64,000 nt of DNA from Rhizophagus irregularis (Eukaryota), in assembly GCF_026210795.1 (NCBI RefSeq), contig NC_089432.1, forward strand, positions 5,828,001 through 5,892,000, read 5' to 3'. The notes beneath the pieces are model-generated. The model did not search any database, was not told the DNA's origin, and worked only from the letters and a program-made list of their open reading frames with translations. The number at the start of each line of letters is the position of its first letter. Position 1 is the first letter of the stretch. Below are positions 15,371 through 28,207 of this stretch, piece after piece. The translations under genes were made by a program, and so were the position numbers.

Positions 15371-17171
15371 TAAGGATGGGTCCGCAAATGATTTTCAAAT
15401 TCCGCAATATTGCGGAATTTAGTGTTGAATTGCGGTTAGTAATCCGTAATTCCGCAATTCTGATTGGCTGCCCGGAACTGTGTTTTTTTGCAATCTTATA
15501 TAATATATAAAAACGCCGGAACTATTAGTTTCAGTGGTTTTATTTTTATTTTTTATATAAGATATGCCGGAACTATTAGTTCCGGCGTTTTTTTTTAATT
15601 TTTATATAAAATATGCCGGAACTATTAGTTCCGGCGTTTTTTTTTTGATTTTTTATATAAAGTATGCCGGAACTATTAGTTCCGGCGTTTTTTTTTAATT
15701 TTTTATATAAAATATGCCGGAACTATTAGTTCCGGCGTTTTTTTTTTAATTTTTTATATAAAATATGCCGGAACTATTAGTTCCGGCGTTTTTTTTTAAT
15801 TTTTTATATAAAATATGCCGGAACTATTAGTTCCGGCGTTTTTTTTTTGATTTTTTATATAAAGTATGCCGGAACTATTAGTTCCGGCGTTTTTTTTTGA
15901 TTTTTTATATAAAATATGCCGGAACTATTAGTTCCGGCGTTTTTTTTTTTGATTTTTTATATAAAATATGCCGGAACTATTAGTTCCGGCGTTTTTTTTT
16001 TAATTTTTTATATAAAATATGCCGGAACTATTAGTTCCGGCGTTTTTTTTTGATTTTTTATATAAAATATGCCGGAACTATTAGTTCCGGCGTTTTTTTT
16101 TTGATTTTTTATATAAAATATGCCGGAACCATTAGTTCCGGCGTTTTTTTTTGATTTTTTATATAAAATATGCCGGAACCATTAGTTCCGGCGTTTTTTT
16201 TTTGATTTTTTATATAAAATATGCCGGAACTATTAGTTCCGGCGTTTTTTTTTTGATTTTTTTTATATAAAATATGCCGGAACTATTAGTTCCGGCGTTT
16301 TTTTTTAAATTTTTTTTTATAAAATGTGCCGGAACTATTAGTTCCGACATTTTTTTTTAAATTTTTTTAATAAAATGTGCCGGAACTATTAGTTCTGGCA
16401 TTTTTTTTTAATTTTTTTAATTTTTTTATATAAAATATGCCGGAACTATTAGTTCCGGCATTTTTTTTTAATTTTTTTTTAATTTTTTTATATAAAATAT
16501 GCCGGAACTATTAGTTCCGGCATTTTTTTTAATTTTTTATATATAATATGCCGGAACTATTAGTTCTGGCATTTTCTTTTTATTTTTTTTATATAAAATA
16601 TGCCGGAACTAATAGTTCCGGCGTTTTCTTTTTATTTTTCCTATATAAATATGCCAGAACTAATTGTTCCGGCGTTTTCTTTTTGTTTTTTCTATATAAA
16701 TATGCCGGAACTAATAGTTCCAGCGTTTTCTTTTTGTTTTTATAAATTTAATAACCATATCGGCCGGTTAATTTAACGGTGTTGATAAACCGTAATATAA
16801 TCCGGCCGATCCAATTTTTTTTAAAAAAAATAAATCATTTTTTTTTAATATTATATTAACGAAAAAATGATTTTTTTTTAAATATTTTTATTAATAACGA
16901 ACTTATTTTTTAGACTAGTAAGTTTAAAAAAATAGTTAGTTATAAAAAAAAATATTTTTTTCCGCAATTTTTTCCGCAATTCCGCAATTTTCCGCAATTC
17001 CGCAATTAATTACGGAATTGCGGATTATTTGCGGAATTGCGGAAAAATTGCGGAATTGCGGATAATTACTGATTGCGGAATTGCGGATATGTAGACTTCA
17101 AAATCCGCAATGTTCCGCAATGTCGCAAATCGCAATTATTCCGCAATTGCCTATTTGCGGCACCATCTTTA
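15371..17171. mobile_element. hAT-type non-autonomous element with internal palindromic minisatellite
   Basis: Ends TAAGGATGG...CCATCTTTA with exact 8-bp TSD ATCGTGAA (15363-15370, 17172-17179). Subterminal CCGCAA/TTGCGG repeats. Confidence 0.9.
15515..16740. repeat. Tandem array of about 24 units of about 50 bp, each with the palindrome GCCGGAACTA-T-TAGTTCCGGC
   Basis: Directly visible. Linkers are near-identical poly-T/TATATAAAATAT tracts. Confidence 0.95.
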
Positions 17172-17950
17172 ATCGTGAATACGTCTCCTTTGCCTCAAGC
17201 TAGAATAGAGAAATATCGTTCGAAAAAATAAATCGTGTATAATAGTCTATAATCATAGAATGGCATCATATACCTAGGGCTAGTCCCGCTCCATGTAATT
17301 TATTTTAGCTCAATGTATTGCAAATAAAAAACGTTTAGGGTACTGAGTTGACCCGCAAAATGTAGTCAATTATTTTTCTCGTGGCGATTGGTAACAATCT
17401 TTTAGACCGTACATACTAATTTTTTATTGCTCAAGCGTATATGCATGTTAATACAGGGTAATTTAGGAAATCTGGATCGGCAAATTATTGGGCAATAAGA
17501 TTGCCAGCAAAGATCCAGGGACTTATATTCTCAATCTTTCTCGCATATTCTCAAAATTATTACGTATATTATTATTAAAAGACCCCTTGATGATCTTTAC
17601 ATATGGATAGCGTTAAATTCTTTTATTGTTATATTAAGGAGAGTCCGTTGATCAGATTCTCGCGATGCGATCATATTAACGTAATTTCCCCCAAAAGCGT
17701 ATAACAAAATCGATCCTGTGAATTATATAAAAAGGTGATGACCTGGTTAGTGAATCCTTTTATCTGCCTTGTCCAAATAACAAACAAAAAATAAGCGAAA
17801 CATTCAAACTTACCATAATTTACACCATCAATATTATCTCCAATCAAACAAACGAGTATATTCCGTAAAGTATTATAAAGTAAGTTAGTTTATTGCTCGG
17901 CTAGCTTCTTGAAACATGTCATCACGATCTTAATCGATTTTCCGCTATAG

Positions 17951-18190
17951 ATGTTCCATAATAAAACGGACATATTGCTCTTCTTGTTATATATCGGCAT
18001 TTTGATCTTCGCCGAGAAAATCACTGACCATCATCACGCGTACAATAGACACAGTCACAAAATTACTCACATGAATCTCGTCACATGCAACTGCACAGCA
18101 AAAGTCTGGCGCAGTATATCAAATAAATTTTTCGGTATAAGCATCTTCACGTGCCGAATTCTTGAAACTTTGCGCAGTATCGTTCCGTAA
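17951..18190 (+). CDS. Possible small secreted protein
   Basis: 79-aa ORF with a hydrophobic N-terminus (ILLFLLYIGILIFA), preceded by a GT-AG intron-like segment ending just before the ATG. No recognisable homology. Confidence 0.25.
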   Translation: MFHNKTDILLFLLYIGILIFAEKITDHHHAYNRHSHKITHMNLVTCNCTAKVWRSISNKFFGISIFTCRILETLRSIVP

Positions 18191-18805
18191 TGCAGAAAAA
18201 ATTATTCCTTGTATATGAGGCGGAATGGAATATTTTGAAAATGAAGTATATCGGTAAGTGTGAATTGGTAAATATTATTTTTTTTTACCTCAGTTACTAA
18301 TCTCCCAAATTTATGCTGTAGATTCGAAATTACTTAATCTCGATAAAGTTCTCTTACGTGAAATAATCTTTTACATAGTCTGTGCGGGTGTTAGTGATAT
18401 AGATATAGATAGGTGTAGAAATGAGTGGGATAATTTATTTAGGAAATCTAGTGTAATAAAAGAGTGTGGGGATAGAAATATATTAGTTATAAAAATTTCA
18501 AAGAAATAACTTGATGCTGGGACTCGCATTTAATGGCCTAGGATCCGCGTACTCTCCCTCTTTGATAGCATCATTTTATTTCACTTGATACTCTATAAGA
18601 TGATGTGGAGAAAGTTATTCTGACGTGTAATCACGTGAATGAAGGTAATGAATCACTTTTGTGTTATCTTGATTGATTGATTAATTTTATAAGCTCGTTG
18701 AAAAAATTGAAAAAATCATTTTCTCTAAAAATCTTTTTCTTAAAAAAATCAAAAAAATTTAATAAAATTAATTTTTCATAACAAAAAGCAAAAATTATTA
18801 TTAAA

Positions 18806-19387
18806 ATGGTAAATATAGATTCTTTTTATACAGTAGTAAGACTAAACCAATTTAATTTTCCGTTTTACATAAAAAAAAATAATCTTGCTTTAAAATTTAA
18901 CTTACACATGACTTCATTATAATAATATTCATAATATTAAAATAAAATCTTTCTTTTCTAGGATCAAAGAGCTCTTGACGCTTTTGAGAGCCTCACCAAA
19001 AGCCTTAATGACCTCGGCAATAATGTTAACAAACGCCTTGATGACCTCGCCAATGACCTCGGCAATGGCCTCGGTGATGTTAACAAACGCCTTAATGACC
19101 TCAGCAATGATGTTAACAAACGCCTTGATGGCCTCGCCAATGACCTCGGCAATGGCCTCGGTGATGTTAACAAACGCCTTAATGACCTCAGCAATGATGT
19201 TAACAAACGCCTTGATGGCCTCGCCAATGACCTCGGCAATGGCCTCGGCGATGTTTACAAACGCCTTGATGAGCTCGGCAATGATCTTAATGACCTCGGC
19301 GATATTGTTGACGGGCACCGATTCAATACTATCGAACTTGGAAAACGTGTAGAAAAGATGGAGGCCGTCGTATTATCAAAATTATAA
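18806..19387 (+). CDS. Small coiled-coil repeat protein (ATG-only first exon, intron 18809-18961)
   Basis: ATG|gtaaat...ttctag|GAT gives MDQRALDAFESLTKSLNDLGNN(VNKRLDDLANDLGNGLGD VNKRLNDLSND)n...KMEAVVLSKL*. The tandem unit is 87 bp (29 aa). This frame is absent from the ORF track. Confidence 0.65.
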
Positions 19388-20201
19388 TTTTTTTTTTAAC
19401 CTTTTTTATCAATCTAAAGCTTATTAAACAAATGATATTCTCTTATTATCATCCTATTTGATGATATCCTCAGATATTAAATATTAGTTAGTTTTCATAT
19501 AGTTAGAGCAAATTAATGAAATCTATGTAATAATTTAAATAAAACAATTTGCAAATTTGCTATGAATATGTTTGTTATGTTGTCGCGATCTTAATTTTTG
19601 CTTCGCTTGAATATATTTTAGCATGTCTATATCGCAACCAAGGCAATGACTCGGTGGCAGATTACTATTCGAAGCTAATGAGCCGACAAATACAGTGAAG
19701 ATCAACTCAGGTATGATTAACGCAAATATAGATTAAATGGTGGTATTCATTTGAAGAGAATGAAGCGTAAAGGATTATTTAAAGTAAACCTGATAAATTA
19801 AATTTCGCTGGGCCACAGATTGTTTGACAAAATAAATGATCACACATTATTTTTCGCACATAATCTATACATGCTAACCGGTACCTCTATTTTTCCCCAA
19901 ACAAATGAGAAAAATGTGAAAGGAAGTATACACGCAACACAGGACCTACTCTAAAAGTAAATAGTGCTGACAAAAGCATATGTTATGAAAGGCTGAGGGA
20001 CTCGCAATTTCGAGATCGTCAGGCGTAAAGCCAACTAGGTGTATGTGGAAGTTCAGCCAACTTTCCGCAAAAAACTTTCCCAGAGAAAATAACGCAAAAT
20101 AAGGTATGTATATGCCAGAAGGGGTCCCTCCAGGACCAGTTATGTATGTATGAGAGCGAAAATTTCTCACAATGGTTTCTTGTATTTAGGAAAGCGAAAA
20201 A

Positions 20202-20490
20202 ATGGCCAATATCACTCTCAACTGTCTTATTGTCCCAAAAGGGGATCTCATGAATATTTCATTTATTAAAGTAATGCAAGCGATTACAATTAGCTCAAGC
20301 AATCATGTTAGCGATCTAGAAACTGTAATTCAAGACAGACTGGGGGCACCATTCAACAATATACCTCTCAAAATTTGTAAAATTCACCCCGGAAGTGTTA
20401 CTGAAATGCAAAATGCGCTTAATTTCCGCCTGAAGAACCTCTAGCAGACCGCTTTAACGTCCTAGTTTACTCCCTATCTCAATTGTAATT
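20202..20490 (+). pseudogene. Crinkler-type N-terminal ubiquitin-like domain, frameshifted or stand-alone
   Basis: MANITLNCLIVP...ISSSNHVSDLETVIQ...PLKICKI resembles CRN headers (ITLxCL...VSxLKxxI...LxLWKV). No C-terminal effector domain in frame. Confidence 0.55.
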
Positions 20491-20732
20491 TTCTGTATTA
20501 TGTAATAGCGATATAGTCGCAATTTTTATGTATTTGTAGGCCGGCTTCCGGCAACGATTTATTTCATAAATAAAGTATTATTATTTTATCGGTACATGAG
20601 AAATGAGTCACGTGAAATGATGCAATGCCTGTGCGACATAAAAGCCTATATTAACGCCCAGTATTTTCTTTATCTCACTCCGGAACGTAACACTATTTTT
20701 TATCCGAGCCAAACTACCTATAAAAAAGCGTT

Positions 20733-21870
20733 ATGTCTACCTCTGAAATTAATACTTCCACCGCTACTAGCGTCACGGCAACGGAAGAAAAAAATGCTCC
20801 CACGTTAGCTGAGGTGGTTCGAAAATATAAAACGAAGGAGATTATAGATTTCTTGCGTAAGGAGGAGGACTTGGAGCTTGTTCAAGAAGATTATGATATA
20901 ATCGAAAAGGAGAGAATTAATGGCCGTGCCTTTCTTAAGATAGCCGAAGAAAAACTTCGAAGTTATGGAATGCCAGGTCAAATCTTGCTGACTTCGCTAA
21001 GGAACTTGGCAAGCGTAAATTAAAAGCGTTCTCGTCGTACAAGAGTTTGAGGGAAGTGTTAATAAGATATGGTCTCGAAAGTGAGGGCACCGACAAAATA
21101 CCATTATTTTCTCTACAAACCTACGAAATCAAAGACTCCGACAAGCACTTCGAGCATTGCATGGCGGAAATTTTAGTCAGGCTAAAAAATTACGGAACTT
21201 TGGTCGTTGATAGCTTGGAAGCCATGCGTAATGAATATGTTGTGGCAATTCTTCATACCGCAATCAATATTACAAGAGATTCTACAGGGGAAGAACTCAG
21301 CATGAGGCCTGAATACGAAGTAATAGGTGATGAAAGTACGGGACGGGTTGACTTCGCAATCAAGGTATTAGGATATTTTTTTCTGGAACCGGCGGTCTCG
21401 CAAATTTCTTAGCATTGTTTTTTAGGCCGGAGGAAGGATATACTAATATCATATTTTTTTGTTCCAGAAAGCTGAGAACCTTATTTGTGTTACAGAGGAT
21501 AAACCACAACGAAATGTAGTCGAGCGGTTCGCTCAGAATATCGTCCAGCTTGAAAGTTCGTTTCAAACGAACAAGAGAAAACGAAAGCGGGATTATGAGG
21601 ATGATTTCGATTATTTATATGGTATTGTCACTACGGCTCGGGACTGGCACTTCTTGCTCTACACTCCGGGGAAATTTCACAAGGTAGTAAATTATCATTT
21701 AGCATCGAATTTTCCGAAGATGCTTTGGATAAAGAATCCGTAGAATATCAAGCATTACGTAATGGCGTGAAAAAGGTTTTGGGTATAGTAGTAGGTTTAT
21801 TAAAGGATAGGGCATGTGCGGAAGACGATCCTCCCTCAAAGAAAAAGGCTAGAATATCGTTCGAAAAAAT
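20733..21870 (+). pseudogene. SAM-like header plus PD-(D/E)xK REase-fold protein (Crinkler-related family), frameshifted
   Basis: KYKTKEIIDFLR...IIEKERINGRAFLKIAEEKLRSYGM (SAM-like), then GRVDFAIK|...ICVTEDK...AQNIVQLESS...YGIVTTARDWHFLLY spread over several frames with one intron. Confidence 0.7.
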
Positions 21871-22057
21871 AGGATGTATATTACACAGACGTCATGTATC
21901 ACGGGCAGAGTCCCGAATCTTTGTATTTATTTTTGCATGTATTAATAAAAAAATTTCTTGGCAAATTTCAGCGACGGCCCGTCGCCCAAAAAATATGTGA
22001 TATATTTTTTTATTTTGAATAGTTATGTACAGTGTATTAGTTATATATATATAGATC

Positions 22058-22472
22058 ATGTCATCCGAGCTTGAATTATTGAAACAGCGCATCACTGAAC
22101 TTGAGGCTGAGAATGTTGAGATTACAGAGCTCAAGAAGGAGAATGCAGAGCTAGAAAGGAGAATACTGATTTTAGAATGAGGCGAATCCCACTAAAGTGA
22201 ACACTGTCACTTCAGACGATGATGTGTATTTTGGTGAGGCGAACGAAGTTAATAAGCACGATGGCGACCCCAATTCAATCAATGATGACTCCGATTCCGA
22301 TAGTAATTCTGAAGATGAGATTCCAGACGATTCGGATGATGATGGATACGGTGGATACGGTGGATATAATGAATATGGTGAACGTGATAGAGGTTATTAC
22401 TATCGCGACGGAGGATACGAAAGAAAAACCTCCCCAATGATGAGTCCTATTATCTCTCCGGTAACCGCCTAA
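22058..22472 (+). pseudogene. Internally deleted coiled-coil / acidic-tail hypothetical gene
   Basis: MSSELELLKQRITELEAEN... N-terminus abuts, out of frame, a D-rich C-terminus (DDDGYGGYGGYNEYGERDRGYYYRDG). Confidence 0.45.
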
Positions 22473-23707
22473 GAGAATTATTGGATGAATTGCATATTCA
22501 CATAGACTGAATTATATTTCTTTTTTTCGAATCACGTGGGTGGCTTAGATATCGTGCACAGTAAAACGTCATTTATTCTTCTCCGCAGTAATACACAGAA
22601 AAATGCTATGCGCAGTAGAGTAACTTCGTCATGTGGACCGATCACCTGAAATGCGCAGAAGATATTCGGTAAAATTCTTGCCGAATTAATAAATATATCA
22701 TGCGCAGTAAGTACGTCATCTCTATACTTCTCCTGTGATCTAACTACACTATTTCCGCAGAAGCGCCTTAACGGCTATTTTTAGATGTCCTATTTTCGTA
22801 ATAATGGCTAGGAGGATCAACAGAGTGCTATTTTTGTAACAATGAAGCCAGGGGGCAAAGGTCTTATGAAATACCATGCAAATCTTTGGGGTCAGATCGT
22901 GGTGTCAGATCAATAATTAATCTGGTAGTGATATTCACTTTTTTTCCGGAATGTTCTGGCATAATCTCCATTTGTGGATTGATTTGAATCAGCCATTTGC
23001 AGATCTACATTATTTAATTAGCTTATTGGGATTAGCACAATGATGGGACCACCTTTCTTCATTAGTATAATTTTTGACAACACCTGAAGCCGTAATTCAT
23101 AAGATTTCGATTTAACATAATTATTAATCTGCCATTAAGGCGCTTTGCTAGGCGCTTTGCAGATCTCCGAACAAACGGTACATTTTTATTTAACATATTG
23201 GGATTAGTACAATGACGAAATAAGGGGTCCAGGTACGTAATTACTTGTGAATAGATATTATTGGTTTGAAGTCTGGTTGAACTCTGGTTGAAGTCGGGTT
23301 GAGACTGCGCCCTTTTTTTCTCACTATAGTTTGAAAAAAGAAGATAGTATATCTCCTAAAGGTCTTGACCGAAGGAGGGGCAAACAAGTTTGATATGTTA
23401 TCTTCCGCAGATTGATAGGTAAAGGAAGCTATAAATAGTGGAACAAAAACGAAAAATGTGAAGTCTGGTTGAACTCTGGTTGAACTCTGGTTGAACTATG
23501 GTTGATGTGCAGTTGATGTGCAGTTGATCTCCAGTTGTATCAAAAGATAAAACCCCTTTTATGTAACAATGCCTCTAGACTATATAAACACCAAAGAAAT
23601 CTATCAAAATATTTTTTTTAATCTTTTGCCTGAGCGCCTTCGGCTATAGGATCATTGCCTTCCATTAATCCTTCTACTTACACTCCAGCACCCCTGTCAT
23701 TGAAAAA

Positions 23708-24493
23708 ATGGCTGAATGGACTCATGCAGAAATTCGTACTCTTATTGATGAACGTAGAACCAGAAACGATGAGTTCCATAACCTTGGGAGAAATCGGGAA
23801 AGATTCTGGGGTACTATTGCGAGTAAGATCAATCAAGAGAATGGGATATCATTCAGCGGTCACCAATGTAAAGAAAAATTCTCGAATCTCGTCTGGGATT
23901 ATAATGTAAGTTATCACTATATTTGAGAACTTTGTTGTTAGCTCTACTAACTATCCTTCATGTCCGGTTAGACTATGTGTGATTTTATGTCTGGTAAAAG
24001 TAAAGCCAGAAGTCGAACAGGTGCACGATATTTTGATGAATTTCGTACTCACTTTTGGGAGAGATCTGAGGATGAATTCGATAAAGTTCGCAGAATTAAT
24101 ACTTTTAACCAAAAATGAAGTAGAGGAAGTGGATATATTACGCCCATACCATCAACTAGGGATGTCGAACGTGAATTGAGATCATCTGAAAGACGGTTAA
24201 GCCGAAGTTCGTCTATTAGTCGAAGTCAGTCACCACCTACTAGCCGAAGACAATCGCCATCTGTTAGTCGAAGACAGTCCCTTCCCGTTAGAGAAAGACG
24301 TTTGGAACTCCCGCCTGTTAGCTCATTAACCACTAACGATGAAATGGATATTTCTGATACAGAGCAGTTGGTTGGCCAGAGAAGAACTTCTACGCATGAA
24401 GAACTGTCCTTATCACTTTATCCACCACCATCTTATGATATTGCCACTGCCCAAGAATCGTCAAATGTGAGGGGTAATATACAATTACATTAG
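23708..24493 (+). pseudogene. Myb/SANT-like (trihelix) DNA-binding protein with Ser/Arg-rich tail
   Basis: WTHAEIRTLIDER...FWGTIASKI...FSGHQCKEKFSNL. Intron 23906-23971 and an in-frame TGA at 24116-24118. Confidence 0.7.
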
Positions 24494-25137
24494 CCATTAA
24501 GGTACTTTGCTAGGCTCTTCCGCACACCACTGTTATTGTTCCATTAATTAATGTATTTTTTCTATACTGTGCTATTATACCATAAATGTACTTTGAAAAT
24601 ATAATAAAGAGCTTTACTTTGATTTTTTAAGAGTGTTATGTGTTTCTTGAGTGTTTCATGCCCCCTTGATTTTTGAGAAAACATAAAGTTATAAATACTC
24701 TCGAACAAAGATATCCATTTAAAGCGCGTTTAATGGTGGCTTAGATACTGTGCAAAATCTGATTGGCCAACCAACCATCTCGTGATTTATCAAAACTCTA
24801 GAACTATCGGCAGGGAACTAGGGAGATCTCATGTAATACGATATACAATACATCATGCCACAAACTGATTTAGCCGAAGACACATGTAAATATAAGATTA
24901 GCTTAGCCCGAAAGATGATCCCAATCGAATTTGGGTTTACTAGTGTGTAATCTCACTAAATTGGCTACAGATCAATAAAACTGCTATAATCCATTAAAAC
25001 TGTTTAACCAGCAAATCCATATAAATTTGAATCTGATATTTATTAGAGTATACTATTGCTAAATTGGCTAAAATCGCTAAAAACAGTATAAATCAATAAA
25101 ATCGTTATATTCTGTTATAATCTACCAAAACACTAAT

Positions 25138-26001
25138 ATGGATTTAGATAGTAAAGCCTATTCCAAGTTAATTCATGCACACAATAGTATTGGAGGCTCT
25201 GAAGAATATATAAGAATTATTGTTGCAATATTGCCTTTAGCAGAAAGACATGATTATGAAACACCAGAAATGTGGTGCTCTCGTATTCGTGATCCATTTA
25301 GGAAAATACTAAAAGAGAACTATTCCAAGGGAATCTTTTCTAAAAATGGATATATTACAATGTATGGAAAGCTATATATAGATGATAAAATTCATAATCG
25401 TCTAACCAATTATATATATTGCAGTGTATGTAACTCCTTAGTTTTCATACCTGCAAATAGTCTTTTTGAGGATCGCTATGGAGATAACCACTTGAAAAGA
25501 TGTATTTCTGGAAATACTATTTCGAATGAACATGCAAGAAGAAATGAAATTCTCCAAACTATTGATAGAAGGGAATTTCAGATCTGGCAATATAAACAAT
25601 ACATATTACAAAAAGAAGCTAAAATTAATCGTCTTCAGCTAGAGCTTTCATCCCAATCTACTCCACATTCAGAAAAGGATAAATTGGCATCGGTATCATA
25701 TGATATTGATGGAAATTTTACGGCTAGCTATGAAAATTATGCACAATCTAAAGCAAAAGATACTATGCCAAATGCTCCAAATTTCGAGCCAGCTTATATT
25801 TCACCTACTAGACAAGAAACGATTTTACCAACTTCTTATCAATCATCAAGTCCTAGCCAAAGGCGCTCAGAGCAAGGGATTACAAGTGAAATATTTATCT
25901 CATCTCAGTATGCTAAACAAAATAACTTATTACCATCTATAGACCATCTTAATCAGCCCGCATTAAGATTGAGAGATGGTACAAAAATCACATTCGTTTA
26001 A
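25138..26001 (+). CDS. Hypothetical protein with possible BED-like zinc finger (CSVC...HLKRC) and coiled coil
   Basis: Intronless 287-aa ORF; domain call rests on motif spacing only. Confidence 0.55.
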   Translation: MDLDSKAYSKLIHAHNSIGGSEEYIRIIVAILPLAERHDYETPEMWCSRIRDPFRKILKENYSKGIFSKNGYITMYGKLYIDDKIHNRLTNYIYCSVCNSLVFIPANSLFEDRYGDNHLKRCISGNTISNEHARRNEILQTIDRREFQIWQYKQYILQKEAKINRLQLELSSQSTPHSEKDKLASVSYDIDGNFTASYENYAQSKAKDTMPNAPNFEPAYISPTRQETILPTSYQSSSPSQRRSEQGITSEIFISSQYAKQNNLLPSIDHLNQPALRLRDGTKITFV

Positions 26002-26278
26002 CGACTGAGAAATATATTAATTATAGACTATTGAAGATTAATATCATTTAGCTAAAAGCGCAATGTATAACTTATACTTTATTTTTTATGCTAAATAATC
26101 TGCATACATGATCGCCTAGTAAAATTGGTTGAAGGCGCTATACATTTCATGTATCACCTGCCAAATTTTTCAGATTAGTCCTTAACCCAGATCCTGGTTA
26201 AGATCATGCGCTTTCTGAAGATTGATATAAATTGATCCAAGGGGTTCTCCCATTCTCTTTTATAATCACAAAAAAAGA

Positions 26279-28207
26279 ATGTCATTTCACAGATCTCACC
26301 TAAGGCAGAGAAGAACATGTGAAGAATATAAAGCTGAGCTGGAAGAAGAAAACTATCATCTTCATAGTGAATTGCAGATAGAAGTTGATACTAATCGCCA
26401 GAATGAGAGACGAATTAATCAACTGGAACGGGATTATACCCGATGTGAGCAAGAAATTCAAAATCTCAATAAGGAGATAGAGCGTCTTGAAAATGCTTCG
26501 AAAGAAGAGATAGTAGAGTTAAAATCTGAAATCTCTACCCTAAAAAGTCAGCTATATCAAGCTAGGAATGATGTGCGAGATAAGGGAAAATATATTTCTA
26601 GTTTAGAAGAGCAGTTAGTAGAATCTGAGGAACAAGTTAAAAAATTGCGATGCCGGATCAGAAGCATCTCATCACGAAAAAATTCGCCTGAACGAGAGAA
26701 TTCTCCAGACTTGTATAATTCTGATGATAATATGGCCACAATCACAGAGCTAGCAAATGCTATAGATGGTTATGTGGATAATAGAACAACAACTAGGGAT
26801 ATTCTTATAGACCAAATAAAAAGAGCTACAAGGCAGATACGCCAAAAAGAAAATAATTTGCATCAGGATTTAGTCCGTGAGCAACGAAGGCGTTATGATG
26901 CAGAAGCTAAACGTGATAATGAAATTATACGAAGGCAACTTGCTGAAGGTAGGATAACTAATGTTATTGGTGATCTCCATCAATATCAAACTAATACTCA
27001 AAACCAGGTAAATAGAATGATAGGTAATATGGCAAGAAAACAAGCCCGTATAGGTGTGCTGGTACAAGAAAAATTTGCCTTACAATTATTGTATCAGCGA
27101 AATGCCCACCACTTACAGCGAAGTAGAGGGATATAGGTCCTTTACAGAAACTTACCATTTTTAATCAATATAGAATCGATATCGTTAAGTTTATCTTAAC
27201 GGTATCATTTTGATATCATTTCGATATCATTTAATATCGATTTAATATCGATATGATATCGAAATAAAGTATTATCACTTTGATACCATTTCGATATTAA
27301 ATCGATATTGAAATGATATCGAAATGATAATTAAAATGATATCGAAATGATATCTTTAAATTAAACTTAAAGATGTTATTTTGATATCATTTCTATTATC
27401 ATTTTGATATCATTTCAATATCGATTTAATATCGAAATGATATCGAAGTGATAATACTTTATTTTGATATCGTATTGATATTAAATTGATATTGAAATGA
27501 TATCAAAATGGTATCGAAATGATATCACTTGAAAACTTAAAGTTTCTGTAAAGTCTGTTAGAATTTAATCGAGACAGGCTCTATGAACGATACGAGAAAT
27601 GGAAAAATAAGACCCAAGCAGAGCGCCAGAATAATTTAAATTTACAGGGACAAATTTTGGCGCTTCAGAATAATCCACCTAATCAAGTAAACATGGCAGG
27701 AATACCTCATCCATATTTCGACTGGGATGATAGTATCCCAGACTTTCTTGCACAACTTAGACTAGACTTGCAGAATCGGGAAATAGATCCAAATGATAAT
27801 GTAGCAGGTTCTCCAATAGGAAGAGATAATGCAATAGGACATTTAAGAGCCTGTATGAGAGGAAGGACTTTAGAATAGTTCGATGATGAGATTACTACAA
27901 AGCAGAATTGGGAGCTAACTAATTTACTCGATAATACAGGGCAGGCTAACTTAGTTGCAGTAAATGGGCGAACTGCAGTACAGATAGGAGCTAATGCATT
28001 AAATGAGGCTGTTGGCCAACCAGGAAATGCAATAGTCAAGTTAAGAGCTGTAGAAGATGCTTAAAATGAAGACTGGCGTATAGCAGGTGGCCGTTCTACT
28101 AATGATCCTGTAAATGCACCAAATGCTAATGCTGGAAATACAGTAGTTGTAGCTGGTATTCGATTTGGTCAAACCGTATGGTGGCTAAAAACTCATTTCC
28201 CTACAGT
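26279..28207 (+). pseudogene. Long coiled-coil plus Gag-capsid-like protein, interrupted by a MITE and truncated by a hAT element
   Basis: Removing the MITE gives IGLLEFNRDRLYERYEKWK, with a 1-nt shift from ORF 26279. The downstream SIPDFLAQL...CMRGRTLE*FDDE...WLKTHFP parallels DINDWIRQF...CLRGIALQWYNEE...LINRF of the gag at about 12.6 kb. In-frame stops are present. Confidence 0.6.
27140..27553. mobile_element. MITE with 14-bp TIR and 2-bp TSD (CMC/EnSpm-like)
   Basis: CTTTACAGAAACTT...AAGTTTCTGTAAAG, TC duplicated. The interior is built from GATATC/ATCGAT repeats. Confidence 0.8.

Noticed and set aside
15515..16740. CRISPR-like regularly spaced palindromic repeats (also 28650-29860)
   Set aside because: The spacers are near-identical A/T tracts, no cas genes are present, the context is eukaryotic, and the array lies within a TSD-flanked hAT element.
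18929..19352. ORF-track proteins 18929-19318(-), 18964-19239(-), 18975-19352(+)
   Set aside because: They are shadow frames of an 87-bp repeat; the splice-supported frame starts at 18806/18962.
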